Below, piece by piece: positions 30,934-41,220 of a stretch of DNA of 43,036 nucleotides. Under the pieces are notes generated by a model. It was not told the origin of the DNA and searched no databases. It worked only from the letters and a program-made list of their open reading frames with translations. Where the stretch lies: positions 1-43,036 of IMG/VR virus record IMGVR_UViG_3300032303_003357; one strand, 5' to 3'. Position 1 is the stretch's first letter. Each line of letters opens with the position of its first letter. The position numbers and the translations under genes were made by a program. This stretch comes from a virus. Taxonomy: Duplodnaviria > Caudoviricetes.

Positions 30934-32537
30934 TGAACATTTCTGAAATATATACACAACAAGGCCTAATCTACAATAGACATCTATACTCTTCTTTAGA
31001 ATTGCCATACGATTTTGATTCTATAAAAATACAAGCTAATGACACTATTACTTGTGACTTGTTAAATATAAAACTTAATCATTTATTTGATAACTTTCTC
31101 TATCTATACAAGTCTTCTATAATCGCATCTAATATAATTCCCGTTTCTTCTACTTCTATGGCTGGCGTAACAAGTCATAATATCGGATTTACATGGTATA
31201 ATAGCGCAAGTAGTAATCAGTTTATACCAGTTTCATCAATTTCCGGCTTTAATAAAACAAATGAAATGATTTTACTTAAAAATGCTGATTTAGATCAATA
31301 TTCTGCAATTCTTACTACCGGATCAGCATTAAAAGTAATTAATTTCGATACTTATGCAACATATTTAACAGCTGCATATAGTTTAGATGTTGTTGTACCT
31401 AATTATAACGTACCATTTAATACCATAACAGCTTTTGCGCAGACCAGTACATTTTTATTTGTTTTAGATAGCGGGCTTAATAGACTAATAAAGTATGATG
31501 CTACAGGATTTTTAACTGATGATCCTATAAAAAAGAATAAGCTATTTTTTATTAATTCTATTGGAAATAGAGGTGATTTTAATTCAAAAGCAGAATTTAA
31601 TAATCCTAAAAGTATTACAGTTTATAAAAACGATATATTTGTTTTAGATTCAGGTAATAGTAGTGTAAAAATATATGATATTAATTTAAATTGGAAGCAA
31701 ACTAGTAGACTTTATGTAGACTTTTTATCAGCATTTCCTATAGACATAAAATGCGATAGTACAGGTAAAATATATATATTAACAGACAAAAATAAATTGT
31801 TTATTTATAATGATTATACTTTTCAAGAGAAAAGCGTTATTAGTCTAGACTCAATAAACGAAAACGAAGTATTTAAAAAATTATCATTCTCTAAATACGA
31901 CACTAATATATTTTACATATATTCTAATAAAAATGTATACAAAAAATTTGTTTCAAGTCCGGAACAAATAGTTGGAAAATACTTATTATATCTTCACAAA
32001 TACAACTCCTCTGAAGTAATAACTGCTTTTGATTCAGCAGCTGCAGTTAATGGTGATAGAAATTTACTTTTTAGTTATACCGTATCAAATAGTGCAGGTA
32101 AATTAGGTAATTTTTTTGATAGCTTAAATTTATTTGATATATTAGCACAAAGAGATTTTGACGTTTACTCTCCCGATGATATTAAATTTCAAAAAGGCGA
32201 ATACATTCAAAGTTGGGTTATAAACAAAAGTATAGCTATGTTATTATTAAATCATATGCGATTTAGAGACCAAATAATAGGCAAATTTATTGCACTAAGA
32301 GATAATAAAAATAATATAGTTTTTAAAGGTACGAGATATCTTCTACCAGATGAATTAGATAGTTTATTTTTTGATAATGATATAAGCTATTATATTGGTG
32401 TAAATGAAATTGTAGCTAATAATATTATTAACAGACCTCTTAAGAAATTATATTCCATACAAGAAAGATTACTATCTATATTAAAGTCGGAGATTCAAAA
32501 TGCTCCTAACGTAAATACAATTATAACTATAAATTAA
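30933..32537 (+). CDS. NHL-repeat-like beta-propeller virion protein
   Basis: [15 protein letters not shown] and [28 protein letters not shown] are NHL-type blades. Confidence 0.65.
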   Translation: MNISEIYTQQGLIYNRHLYSSLELPYDFDSIKIQANDTITCDLLNIKLNHLFDNFLYLYKSSIIASNIIPVSSTSMAGVTSHNIGFTWYNSASSNQFIPVSSISGFNKTNEMILLKNADLDQYSAILTTGSALKVINFDTYATYLTAAYSLDVVVPNYNVPFNTITAFAQTSTFLFVLDSGLNRLIKYDATGFLTDDPIKKNKLFFINSIGNRGDFNSKAEFNNPKSITVYKNDIFVLDSGNSSVKIYDINLNWKQTSRLYVDFLSAFPIDIKCDSTGKIYILTDKNKLFIYNDYTFQEKSVISLDSINENEVFKKLSFSKYDTNIFYIYSNKNVYKKFVSSPEQIVGKYLLYLHKYNSSEVITAFDSAAAVNGDRNLLFSYTVSNSAGKLGNFFDSLNLFDILAQRDFDVYSPDDIKFQKGEYIQSWVINKSIAMLLLNHMRFRDQIIGKFIALRDNKNNIVFKGTRYLLPDELDSLFFDNDISYYIGVNEIVANNIINRPLKKLYSIQERLLSILKSEIQNAPNVNTIITIN

Positions 32538-32538
32538 T

Positions 32539-34428
32539 ATGGCATCAAAATATATATTTCGAATTAATAGAGGAGCGGGCTTAACACCAGTTACACCCAT
32601 ATTACCATCAAGTACACCAGTACCTACCCCCACAAAAACGCCAACTAATACACCAACAATAACCTCTTCAAATACTAGTACAGCTACCCCTACACCAACA
32701 GTAACTAGAACACCTGAACCTACTCCCACAGGTACTCCTTCAAATACACCTACAATATCGGTAACCCCTACAATATCGATAACACCTACCAATACAAGAA
32801 CGTCTACAGCTACTCCTACTTTTGGAGTCACACCTACACCGACACCATCGATCACACCCTCGACATCGATAACACCAACAAAAACACCTACAATATCAAT
32901 AACACCTACCAATACAAGAACGTCTACAGTTACACCTACTAATACAAGATCACCAACAGCTTCATTAACACCAACTAACTCACCGTTTACTACCATTACA
33001 CCGACACCATCTATAACACCTACAATATCAATAACACCTTCTAATACAAAAACACCTACAGTTACGCCAACTATTACAGAAACACCTACCGAGACTCCGC
33101 CTGGCACACCTACACCGACAGAAACCCCTACAAAAACCCCTACACCAACAGAGACACCTACGCAGACTCCTACATCTTCAGAGACGCCTACGCAGACTCC
33201 TACATCTTCAGAGACACCTACGCAGACTCCCACGCAGACTGAAACACCAACCGAAACACCAACCGGGACACCTACACCAACATCTTCAGAGACACCTACT
33301 CAAACACCTACACCGACAGAGACTCCTACACAAACACCTTCCGTTACCCCTACTGAAACACCTACACTCACACCAACTCCAACTATTACTAGCTCTCCGA
33401 CGGTAACACCTACAATTTCTGATACTCCAACACCTACATGTACAGAATCGTTAACACCGACACCTACTGTCACATCAACACGTACACCTACATTAACACG
33501 AACACCTACTCGTACAGCTACTCCTACTAGAACCGCTACAGCTTCACCCACAGCTACAGTCACAGCATCAGTAACACCATCAATAACACCTTCAAATACA
33601 GTGACGCCTTCTGTAACGCCTTCAGCTACAGTAACAGCTACAGTAACGCCTTCTGTAACACCTACAGCTACTGTAACAGCTTCAGTAACGCCTTCAGTAA
33701 CCCTCACCAGAACACCAACATCTTCTATTACACCTACAGTTACACCTTCAATAACACCTTCAGCCACCGCTACAGCTTCACCTACAGCTACAGTCACAGC
33801 ATCAGTCACACCTTCAATAACACCTTCAAATACAGTAACGCCTTCTAGTTCAGTAACACCATCAGCTACAGTAACACCTACATCTTCTAGAACACCATCA
33901 GCTACAGTAACGCCTTCTAGTTCAGTAACACCATCAGCTACAGTAACACCTTCTAGTTCAGTAACACCATCAGCTACACCTACAGCATCAGTAACACCAT
34001 CTGATACCCCTGCACCTAATACTCTAGTATTAATGGGCCCATCTTCACCAGCTGGTCCTTCAACTTATCTATTAGCTCCTAATTCATATACTTACATAAC
34101 GTTACCTAATGGTGGCTCTGTTGTCGTTAGAACAAGTATATATACACCTCAAAGCAGTGGAGCCGGCGCTGGTTATACGTTCGCAATATCACCTACATAT
34201 AATACTACTCAAAACCCCATACCCTACACTGTTAGTATACAAAGCGATGGTACTATGCCCGGTGTACCTAATGGTACAGAAATTATGAGAATAGAATTTT
34301 TTGGTAATAGAAACAATACTGACTTCGGCGGAAGCTGGAACGGCGATTTCCAATATCCGTTCCAATGGTATGGTATTTTTAACGGAGATGCTACTTTAAG
34401 AATGCCTGCGCAATCGATTTATATCTAA
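32539..34428 (+). CDS. Mucin-stalk protein 3: short basic N-terminus, ~480-aa Thr/Pro/Ser/Ala/Val stalk, small C-terminal beta domain
   Basis: About three quarters of the 629 aa is low-complexity TP repeat; no signal peptide or TM segment. Confidence 0.8.
   Translation: MASKYIFRINRGAGLTPVTPILPSSTPVPTPTKTPTNTPTITSSNTSTATPTPTVTRTPEPTPTGTPSNTPTISVTPTISITPTNTRTSTATPTFGVTPTPTPSITPSTSITPTKTPTISITPTNTRTSTVTPTNTRSPTASLTPTNSPFTTITPTPSITPTISITPSNTKTPTVTPTITETPTETPPGTPTPTETPTKTPTPTETPTQTPTSSETPTQTPTSSETPTQTPTQTETPTETPTGTPTPTSSETPTQTPTPTETPTQTPSVTPTETPTLTPTPTITSSPTVTPTISDTPTPTCTESLTPTPTVTSTRTPTLTRTPTRTATPTRTATASPTATVTASVTPSITPSNTVTPSVTPSATVTATVTPSVTPTATVTASVTPSVTLTRTPTSSITPTVTPSITPSATATASPTATVTASVTPSITPSNTVTPSSSVTPSATVTPTSSRTPSATVTPSSSVTPSATVTPSSSVTPSATPTASVTPSDTPAPNTLVLMGPSSPAGPSTYLLAPNSYTYITLPNGGSVVVRTSIYTPQSSGAGAGYTFAISPTYNTTQNPIPYTVSIQSDGTMPGVPNGTEIMRIEFFGNRNNTDFGGSWNGDFQYPFQWYGIFNGDATLRMPAQSIYI
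32584..34017 (+). repeat. Long mucin-like coding repeat with DNA-level tandem duplications
   Basis: 30-nt unit GAGACRCCTACGCAGACTCCTACATCTTCA at 33151-33230; ~80-nt near-duplicate starting at 33532 and 33766; 36-nt [12 protein letters not shown]-type units near 33830-33975. Confidence 0.95.
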
Positions 34429-34446
34429 TTTAATACTATAGTTTTC

Positions 34447-34454
34447 TATAAATA
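34447..34454 (+). promoter_or_regulatory. T4-type late promoter TATAAATA
   Basis: Exact consensus 5 nt before ATG 34460. Confidence 0.75.
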
Positions 34455-34459
34455 ATATT

Positions 34460-37400
34460 ATGGCTGGCAATGCGCGTTTTCATAATAAATGGCATAGAAG
34501 AAACCATCATTCTTCTCCATCAATAGGTTATCCCGACTCAGCAACTGATCCGATTGGGTCGCCGGAAGAGCCTTTTATAGGAGATTTTGTTTTAACAGGT
34601 AACCTTAGCGCACATAAAAACGCATATATTGATGGTGATGCAACGGTTATGGGTAACCTATCAGTATTAGGTGCATTTACCTATTTAGATACTGTAGTTT
34701 CGGTTACCAGCTCTCTATCGGTTGTCAATTTAGGTAACGATTCTGCACTTACTGTAGTGCAATATGGTGAGACACCTATTGCTCGTTTTATAGATGGTGA
34801 TCAAGAAGGGGATAAGTATCATGCTTTATATATTGGTGATGAGGGGTATTCAGTTTTTCATGGTGCAGAAACAGCATCAAAGTTTGACCCTTACGAAAAT
34901 AGAGAAGTTAAAATGGACGTTACAGTTAACGGTAACGCATATGCAAAACGAGCTTTTATTTACGATAGACCAGACGGTAATACAGTTTACGTTAGTACAA
35001 CAGGATCAGATTTAAATAGCGGATTAAACCCTTCACAAAAAGTTAAAACAATTAAAAAAGCTTGTCAGATAGTTTTTAATAAATACGGGGCTAACAAAGC
35101 AACAGTTCAAGTTGAAGCAGGTGATTATACTGAAATTAATCCTATATACGTACCTGCAGGTACATCTATTATCGGTGAAGGATTTTTAAGAAGAAATATT
35201 TTAAGACCTTATCACAAACAACAAGATTTTTTCTGGCTTAACAATGCTTGCTATGTTTGGGGATTTACATTTAGAGATACTTGGGATGGTTGCGCATCAA
35301 CTGCATTTCCAAATTTATTATCTAGTACACCCGGTTACCAACTCGCATTTAATACACCCGGGTGTATAATTGACGTTACTACACCTGGCGGTCCGTTCGG
35401 GTTACCTTTAGTTTCAAAACCCTATATTACAACCAGCCCTTATACACAAGGTATGAGTACTATTACAAAATACCAAGTTGTACCTATACAACCAGATGTA
35501 CCTAAAAGTTATGTAACCCCTGGTGCGCAAATAACAAACCCTGCAAGAACAACAGGAGCACAGACATCTGCATTTTTAACTACAGAATTTAATACGATTG
35601 CTAATATTATTAGATTTGGTCCTGACGCCGCGCCACCAATTATTACACCTACAGGCCCTATACCTGGTACAGATGACGCTGTACCCTTAATTGAATCAAA
35701 TAGAGCATTTATTCAAGATGCAACTATAAAATATGTAAGTCAAAATTACCCTAGGTTAGTTTATAGTGAAAGTTTATGTTATCGTGATGTTGGTTTAATA
35801 TTAGATTGTATAATTTATGACTTATATGAAGGCACAAACTTAAGCGCTGTTAATGCTGGGTATTCTTATTTTTACGGGGTAAGTTCATATGTAGAAGGGC
35901 AGCAAACAGAAACTGCCGCAGCATTAATTTTTGTTAACGATCTAGTACAATATATTATTGATAATAAAATCTACCCTTGGTATAGTCAGAGATATGATCA
36001 AACAAAAACACTAGGACAAGCACAGTCAGGAAATATTACAGCATCATTTAATACAATTAACAGTATTATTAAAAATGGTATTAATCCTCTACCCTCTCCT
36101 ACTACATATACTGTTACTACAGGCATTACAGATGCTGTAAGCTTAATAACAATTAATAAACCATTTATTCAAAAAACTGTTATTAATTATGTAGATAAAA
36201 CGTTTCCAGGTTTTGCTTATAATAAAGATTTATGCTACCGTGATACAGGTTATATCTTGGACGCAATTACTACAGATATAACAAATAGTAATAATTTATG
36301 TGCTATATGGGCAGGTAGCCAATACTATACTAATGCAAATAAAAGTAAAATTACTGGTCAAGAAACACAAACAATTGCAGCTATTAATTATGCTAATTTT
36401 CTAGTACAAAAAGCTATAACAAATACTATAGCTATTACTTCTCAAAACTACTCTCCATATCTTTCTTCTGGTTATTTAGCTATACCAGACATGAATAGAA
36501 GTTTCGATAATATTACCGGTGTTATTCTAACTAAAGAAGTACCTGCTCTGCAAATTACTATACCGGCACCTTCAACAGCTAATCTAGCCGCTACATATAT
36601 AGAGAGCGATATTAATACTATTACTACTATATTATGTTCAGTAGGCAGTGTAGTACCTGCATTAATACCACCAGGAAGTCCATACCCAGGTGCAACTGAT
36701 GCATCAAATTTATTACAACTTAATAAAGAATATATTAAAAGAATGGTTAAGCTCTACCTAGATAAAGTATATCCTGATTTTAGATATAATGTTAAAACAT
36801 GCTTACGTGATATTGGTTTAATTATTGATTGTATTAGCTACGATTTATTAAACGGTACAAATAAACAAGCAATTAGTGCAGGGCGATCCTACTTAAACGG
36901 ACAAGGAGGTACAATTATTGGCGGTCAAGAAGGCCCTACTTTAGCTGCAATTAATTTTATAAACACTGCTGCCCAAGTTATTATAAAAAATAAAATTCAA
37001 CCTCTATTTGGTCAGTATTATAATTACACCTATTTAAACGGTAATGATGTATCAACTGAAATAGATAATGCTTATACTTTAATTAGTAATACAATACTTA
37101 GCGGTATTGGCTCTTGGACTCCCACCCCACCTACTTTTTCACCACCTTCACCGGGTGCTAACCAAGCAAAAAATTTACTTTTAAACAATAGAACATTCTT
37201 ACAATCTGAAATAATTAATTTTGTAGATTGTACTTATAAAAACTTTGAGTATAATGTAGCTTCTTGCTATAGAGATACAGGTTATATAGTCGATGCGGTC
37301 ACTACAGATATTACAGCAGGAAATTATTTAAGCTCTACTGATGCAGCATCGTTCTATTATAATGGAAACCAAACAATTATAAAGGGCCAGCAGACTCAAA

Positions 37401-38671
37401 CCGCTAGCGCTATACAATTTGCAAATAGATTATCACAAAATATTATAAACAATAACTATACGTATCCAAGAAAAGATGCTGCTACTGTATTACTGCAAAA
37501 CAAAACGTTTATACAAAAAGAAGTCATTGAGTATATAGGTAAAGCCTATCCCAGGTTAGTCTATAATAAAGATAAATGTGAGCGTGATGTGGGGTATATT
37601 ATTGATGCTGTTGCTTATGATATTACAAATGGCACCGATTTAAGTTCGATTTCTGCAGGCTCATTTTATGCAAATAATGCAATTCCGGATAATCAAAAAT
37701 TTGAAACTATAGCTGCAATTAATTATGCAAAGTATCTATCTCAATTTATAGTACAAAATTTACCAGTAGAAAGAATTAATGCTGGTACAGGTATTCGTGT
37801 TGATGGTGAATTAGCTTTAGGATTTACAAGAAGTTTTGTAACCGACTCATTTACTCAGTTTAATGCTGGCGGTAAAGGTATTCATATTATTAATTGCGGA
37901 TATGCACAGCTTGTAAGTACATTTACTATTTGTACTAATGAAGGTGTGATATGTGAAACGGGCGGAAATTGCAGTATTAGTACATCTAACTGTTCATTCG
38001 GTCTTTCAGGCTTGGTAGCTACCGGTAAATCTAAGTTTGCTGTCTTAACTGGATCGCAAACAGCAACCACAGGCTTAGCAGAAAATACATTAATTGTTGA
38101 AGGCGTGACACCTAAACCTCTTTCTGCATTTGTAGCTGCAATACAAGCTGGGTATGAAATTGAAGGTATACCAATGCTTGCACCTTATAATGGATTATTA
38201 GTTAATATTGCAGGTGATCCTAGAAGCGAGTATGATGAATTCTTTAACCCTAAGGCAGAGCTATATTATCATAGTATTAGATCAGTAAGCGCAACTAATG
38301 TTGCAAATAAATTTGTAATTACCTTGGAAGAAAACGTACAAGCGCCCTTAACTGCTTCACCAATTGAACCAAAATATGTAAAGTTTTATTTACGAAGCCA
38401 AATTGCATCTAGCTCACACGCTTTTGAATATATAGGTACGGGAGTCGATTTGGAACTTGCTGTACCTGCTTTAGGCGGCCAAACTCAAAATGAAAATGAA
38501 GCAGTATATTCAGATAATGGAATTGTTTATTATTCAAGTACTAACGAACGAGGCGACTTCAAAGTAGGAGGTGGCTTTAGGATAGTTCAAAGCACAGGAA
38601 CCATTAAAGGTATTGATTTTAACAAATCAATTCTTGCTTTAGTTACACCTTTAATACTAAGTCTAGATTAA
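34460..38671 (+). CDS. Large fibre/appendage protein: beta-helix (pectin-lyase-like) domain interrupted by five helical CxRD repeats
   Basis: VYVSTTGSD.NSG..KTIKKA..AGDYTE.NPI (beta-helix cap); SPYTQ..[insert]..GIRVDG..DSFTQ..GYAQLVS.FT..SNCSFG, a pattern I associate with T4-like aquatic phage structural proteins. Confidence 0.7.
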   Translation: MAGNARFHNKWHRRNHHSSPSIGYPDSATDPIGSPEEPFIGDFVLTGNLSAHKNAYIDGDATVMGNLSVLGAFTYLDTVVSVTSSLSVVNLGNDSALTVVQYGETPIARFIDGDQEGDKYHALYIGDEGYSVFHGAETASKFDPYENREVKMDVTVNGNAYAKRAFIYDRPDGNTVYVSTTGSDLNSGLNPSQKVKTIKKACQIVFNKYGANKATVQVEAGDYTEINPIYVPAGTSIIGEGFLRRNILRPYHKQQDFFWLNNACYVWGFTFRDTWDGCASTAFPNLLSSTPGYQLAFNTPGCIIDVTTPGGPFGLPLVSKPYITTSPYTQGMSTITKYQVVPIQPDVPKSYVTPGAQITNPARTTGAQTSAFLTTEFNTIANIIRFGPDAAPPIITPTGPIPGTDDAVPLIESNRAFIQDATIKYVSQNYPRLVYSESLCYRDVGLILDCIIYDLYEGTNLSAVNAGYSYFYGVSSYVEGQQTETAAALIFVNDLVQYIIDNKIYPWYSQRYDQTKTLGQAQSGNITASFNTINSIIKNGINPLPSPTTYTVTTGITDAVSLITINKPFIQKTVINYVDKTFPGFAYNKDLCYRDTGYILDAITTDITNSNNLCAIWAGSQYYTNANKSKITGQETQTIAAINYANFLVQKAITNTIAITSQNYSPYLSSGYLAIPDMNRSFDNITGVILTKEVPALQITIPAPSTANLAATYIESDINTITTILCSVGSVVPALIPPGSPYPGATDASNLLQLNKEYIKRMVKLYLDKVYPDFRYNVKTCLRDIGLIIDCISYDLLNGTNKQAISAGRSYLNGQGGTIIGGQEGPTLAAINFINTAAQVIIKNKIQPLFGQYYNYTYLNGNDVSTEIDNAYTLISNTILSGIGSWTPTPPTFSPPSPGANQAKNLLLNNRTFLQSEIINFVDCTYKNFEYNVASCYRDTGYIVDAVTTDITAGNYLSSTDAASFYYNGNQTIIKGQQTQTASAIQFANRLSQNIINNNYTYPRKDAATVLLQNKTFIQKEVIEYIGKAYPRLVYNKDKCERDVGYIIDAVAYDITNGTDLSSISAGSFYANNAIPDNQKFETIAAINYAKYLSQFIVQNLPVERINAGTGIRVDGELALGFTRSFVTDSFTQFNAGGKGIHIINCGYAQLVSTFTICTNEGVICETGGNCSISTSNCSFGLSGLVATGKSKFAVLTGSQTATTGLAENTLIVEGVTPKPLSAFVAAIQAGYEIEGIPMLAPYNGLLVNIAGDPRSEYDEFFNPKAELYYHSIRSVSATNVANKFVITLEENVQAPLTASPIEPKYVKFYLRSQIASSSHAFEYIGTGVDLELAVPALGGQTQNENEAVYSDNGIVYYSSTNERGDFKVGGGFRIVQSTGTIKGIDFNKSILALVTPLILSLD
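35680..37760 (+). repeat. Five ~90-aa helical repeats N..FIQ..Y...YP...Y....C.RD.G.I.D....D
   Basis: Cys codons at 35777, 36233, 36800, 37265, 37577. Confidence 0.9.
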
Positions 38672-38674
38672 ATA
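38669..38674 (+). promoter_or_regulatory. Late-promoter-like TAAATA, 5 nt before ATG 38680
   Basis: Overlaps the upstream TAA stop; conserved spacing. Confidence 0.5.
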
Positions 38675-38679
38675 ATAAT

Positions 38680-39042
38680 ATGGCTGATATACCTCTTAAT
38701 TATTTCAAGCGTAAATACTATACATTAACTACTACACCTAGTGCTTTGTATACTGCACCCTTTGATAGAGCGGCTATTATTTTAGCTTGCTATGCAACCA
38801 ACACTACATCGCAAGATGTTACAATTACCATTGGTTTTTCTGGTGTGGGCGCTCAATTTGTACCTGTTTTACCTTATTACGACTATGCAAAAGATGTATT
38901 AGTTGCAGGTAGCGATACAACAAATATGACACCTTCTAAATTCGTTTTAAATCAATACGATTGTTTAATTGCTTCCTGTAATCAACCAGATTCTATAATT
39001 TTAAATATAGGTCTTCTAGAAACAGTTAACACAGTTACATAA
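38680..39042 (+). CDS. Small beta-sandwich virion structural protein
   Basis: NYFKR..LYTAP..AIIL..ATNTT..TIT pattern of small structural proteins that accompany such fibres; 120 aa. Confidence 0.55.
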   Translation: MADIPLNYFKRKYYTLTTTPSALYTAPFDRAAIILACYATNTTSQDVTITIGFSGVGAQFVPVLPYYDYAKDVLVAGSDTTNMTPSKFVLNQYDCLIASCNQPDSIILNIGLLETVNTVT

Positions 39043-39047
39043 ATGGT

Positions 39048-39944
39048 ATGGCAAGCAATACACCCCAAATACAGACTATATCTGGTAAGGTTAGGACACG
39101 ATATCCCTTACAAGCAGATAGTCTAGATTCACGTTATCAATTTTTAAATTTACAAAACGCAGAGCCTAATTTAGGGGTTCCTAATACTGTTGACATAAAA
39201 GATGAATATCCTGGAGATGATGGTTACAGGTATATGCTACTTTCAAATAATACGCAATCTGGTTCTGCTTGGAGGGTATGGTCTTATAACACACCTAGAA
39301 TTGCTGTTTATAGTAAAGAGAATTCCATTGCATTTGGTGATAATGCTAATCCTATATGGGAACAATCTGTAGTATTTAACAATCATCCTTATGGTACTAA
39401 TGTATGGAATAGTCAAGCTTTTGGAAAGCAAACATTTAACGTCTTTTCTTTAAGTGGTATTTTTCTATACGACTCAACAACCATAGGTGATCCTCTAAGC
39501 GCAATTACCTTTATAGTTACTGATGATCAAAAAGTCGGTATTAATACTGATACGCCAAACGAAGCTTTAACTGTATCTGGTACTATCTCGGGTAATAATA
39601 ATTTTTATATTAAAAATAATTCTTATATTGGTAATGTTGGTAAAGAAGCTATAACTACTTTAGGTGGTAGAGTTCAAATAGCTGATAGTTCTCCCACTTC
39701 AATGTTGTTTGGGTTTAGTAATAGTAATTACGATACAAATTTATATAGGGCAAAATCAAATACATTAAAAACTGATAGTAATCTCGTAACTGCAACATTG
39801 AGCAGTGTAGGTGGTCTTAGCGCTGCTTATGTAGAGCTTACTAATGCAAGCGTAACTTTACTACCAACAACTACTGCATCAGGTGAGTTTTTACTAATTA
39901 AAATAAATGGAGCAAACCGAGCATTAAGGTTATGGAATTATTAA
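39048..39944 (+). CDS. Fibre-like virion protein
   Basis: SGKVR..RYQFLNLQNAEPNLG N-terminal module; VGINTDTPNEALTVSGTIS trimeric-fibre motif. Confidence 0.6.
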   Translation: MASNTPQIQTISGKVRTRYPLQADSLDSRYQFLNLQNAEPNLGVPNTVDIKDEYPGDDGYRYMLLSNNTQSGSAWRVWSYNTPRIAVYSKENSIAFGDNANPIWEQSVVFNNHPYGTNVWNSQAFGKQTFNVFSLSGIFLYDSTTIGDPLSAITFIVTDDQKVGINTDTPNEALTVSGTISGNNNFYIKNNSYIGNVGKEAITTLGGRVQIADSSPTSMLFGFSNSNYDTNLYRAKSNTLKTDSNLVTATLSSVGGLSAAYVELTNASVTLLPTTTASGEFLLIKINGANRALRLWNY

Positions 39945-39960
39945 GGAGTAAATATACTAT

Positions 39961-40782
39961 ATGTCATTAAACATATTAACACAAGATCATAAATTTTTAG
40001 GTAATGTAGAATTTAATACCGTTTCTATAAGTGCTTTTACTTCTCCAGAATTAACATCAGTATATACTACTGTTAACACTAATAGTGCTGGCTGGGGTAC
40101 TGGAAGTAGTGTAAATTTAAGTGAAGTAGCTGCTGCTTCTGCTAATTGGAATTCAGTTTATACTAATGTTAAAACTTATAGTGCTGGTTGGGGTACTGGT
40201 AGCGGTACTCTTACAAGTGAAAGGCTTGATTCGGTATATACCGATGTTAATACTTATAGTGCTAATTGGAATTCAGTTTATACCAATGTTAATCTAACTA
40301 GTGCTAGTCGTGATTCGGTATATACCGATGTTAATACTTATAGTGCTAATTGGAACAGTGCTTTTACTAATACTAATTATACAAGTGCAAGAAATATACA
40401 ACCTTTTATATTTACTTCTAATAATATTAATTTAACCGGGGCTAACAATACATACAATTTGTTTACAGTCCCTGTTAATTATAGATTTTCTGTAGACTTC
40501 TTGCAGATTTTAGTAATTGATACACCATCCAGCGGAACAGCTTTTTCACTTCAGTTGCAGCGCGCTTCTGACGGTCAATCTATTATTGGTACATTACCAG
40601 TACCATCATCAGCCGGTAAATATGACATATTTTCTGTAGCAAATAACAATTCTACTCCAACAAGAAGATTTACAGTAGATTCAAATCAATCAGTAAGATT
40701 ATCAGGTTCCAGTACATACACAACATTAAGTTGTGTAGCGCTTATTAAAGGCAGTTTAATACCAACTAGTTTATTTGTATAA
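39961..40782 (+). CDS. Short fibre protein with 14-aa S[AG]xWNSVYTxV repeats
   Basis: SVYTTVNTNSAGW, SANWNSVYTNVKTYSAGW etc.; TAAATA 39949-39954 upstream. Confidence 0.6.
   Translation: MSLNILTQDHKFLGNVEFNTVSISAFTSPELTSVYTTVNTNSAGWGTGSSVNLSEVAAASANWNSVYTNVKTYSAGWGTGSGTLTSERLDSVYTDVNTYSANWNSVYTNVNLTSASRDSVYTDVNTYSANWNSAFTNTNYTSARNIQPFIFTSNNINLTGANNTYNLFTVPVNYRFSVDFLQILVIDTPSSGTAFSLQLQRASDGQSIIGTLPVPSSAGKYDIFSVANNNSTPTRRFTVDSNQSVRLSGSSTYTTLSCVALIKGSLIPTSLFV
40227..40355 (+). repeat. Exact 45-nt direct repeat (40227-40271 and 40311-40355), offset 84 nt = two 14-aa periods
   Basis: TGATTCGGTATATACCGATGTTAATACTTATAGTGCTAATTGGAA twice. Confidence 0.9.
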
Positions 40783-40788
40783 TAAACC

Positions 40789-41198
40789 TGGAGGCGGAGA
40801 GAATTGAACTCTCGTCTTGAATAATTTCACTCACAAGCACTACAAGTTTATTTTAGTTGAATTTTCATAAGGATTAAACTAAGCAAAAAGCCCTTACTGA
40901 TAACAATTTTATACATATAATCTATTAACTGTTATAACCCAGACTATACGAAAGCCAGTAACACGCTCTACCTTACAAGCTTTAATCTACAGTAGAACGA
41001 TCGAGTAGTTAAACTAGCTCGAGTTCGGCTTCTGAATCAACAAAGCCAGTCGATGCAAGGATTGCATCAGCTTCTTCTAGACTCATAGCCATGTCGAATG
41101 TTTCATCGGCATTTATATTGTTTTGCTATTGGTAAACCGGCATGCCCCGGTACTTGCTCTCATGAACTCCACTGTTCAATCGATACCATTACGCCCCC
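40789..41198 (-). ncRNA. ssrA: tmRNA (phage-encoded, ~410 nt, CCA not encoded)
   Basis: 5' GGGGGCGTAATGGTATCGA; 3' CAAGAC-GAGAG-TTCAATT-CTCTC-CGCCTCC-A; acceptor stem with G3.U70 wobble and A discriminator; helix-2 pairings TTGAA/TTCAA and GCAAGTAC/GTGCTTGT; ATAAAT-GCC resume context. Confidence 0.93.
41009..41110 (-). other. tmRNA tag reading frame ADETFDMAMSLEEADAILASTGFVDSEAELELV*
   Basis: Resume codon GCC at 41110-41108 after ATAAAT; 33 codons then TAA 41011-41009. Confidence 0.8.
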
Positions 41199-41220
41199 AG
41201 TTGTTAATGAACTAATAATA

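Noticed and set aside
33151-33975. CRISPR-like or DGR-like repeats
   Set aside because: Repeats are in-frame coding duplications without unique spacers; no cas or reverse-transcriptase gene, and no adenine-specific template/variable pair
34460-34520. His/Arg-rich N-terminus (RFHNKWHRRNHH) as a Tat signal or metal site
   Set aside because: No hydrophobic h-region follows the RR; more likely an assembly peptide, and no function can be supported
40789-40820. tRNA gene or prophage att site
   Set aside because: The T-arm and acceptor half belong to a complete tmRNA whose matching 5' end is at 41198; no anticodon arm, integrase or duplicated end was seen
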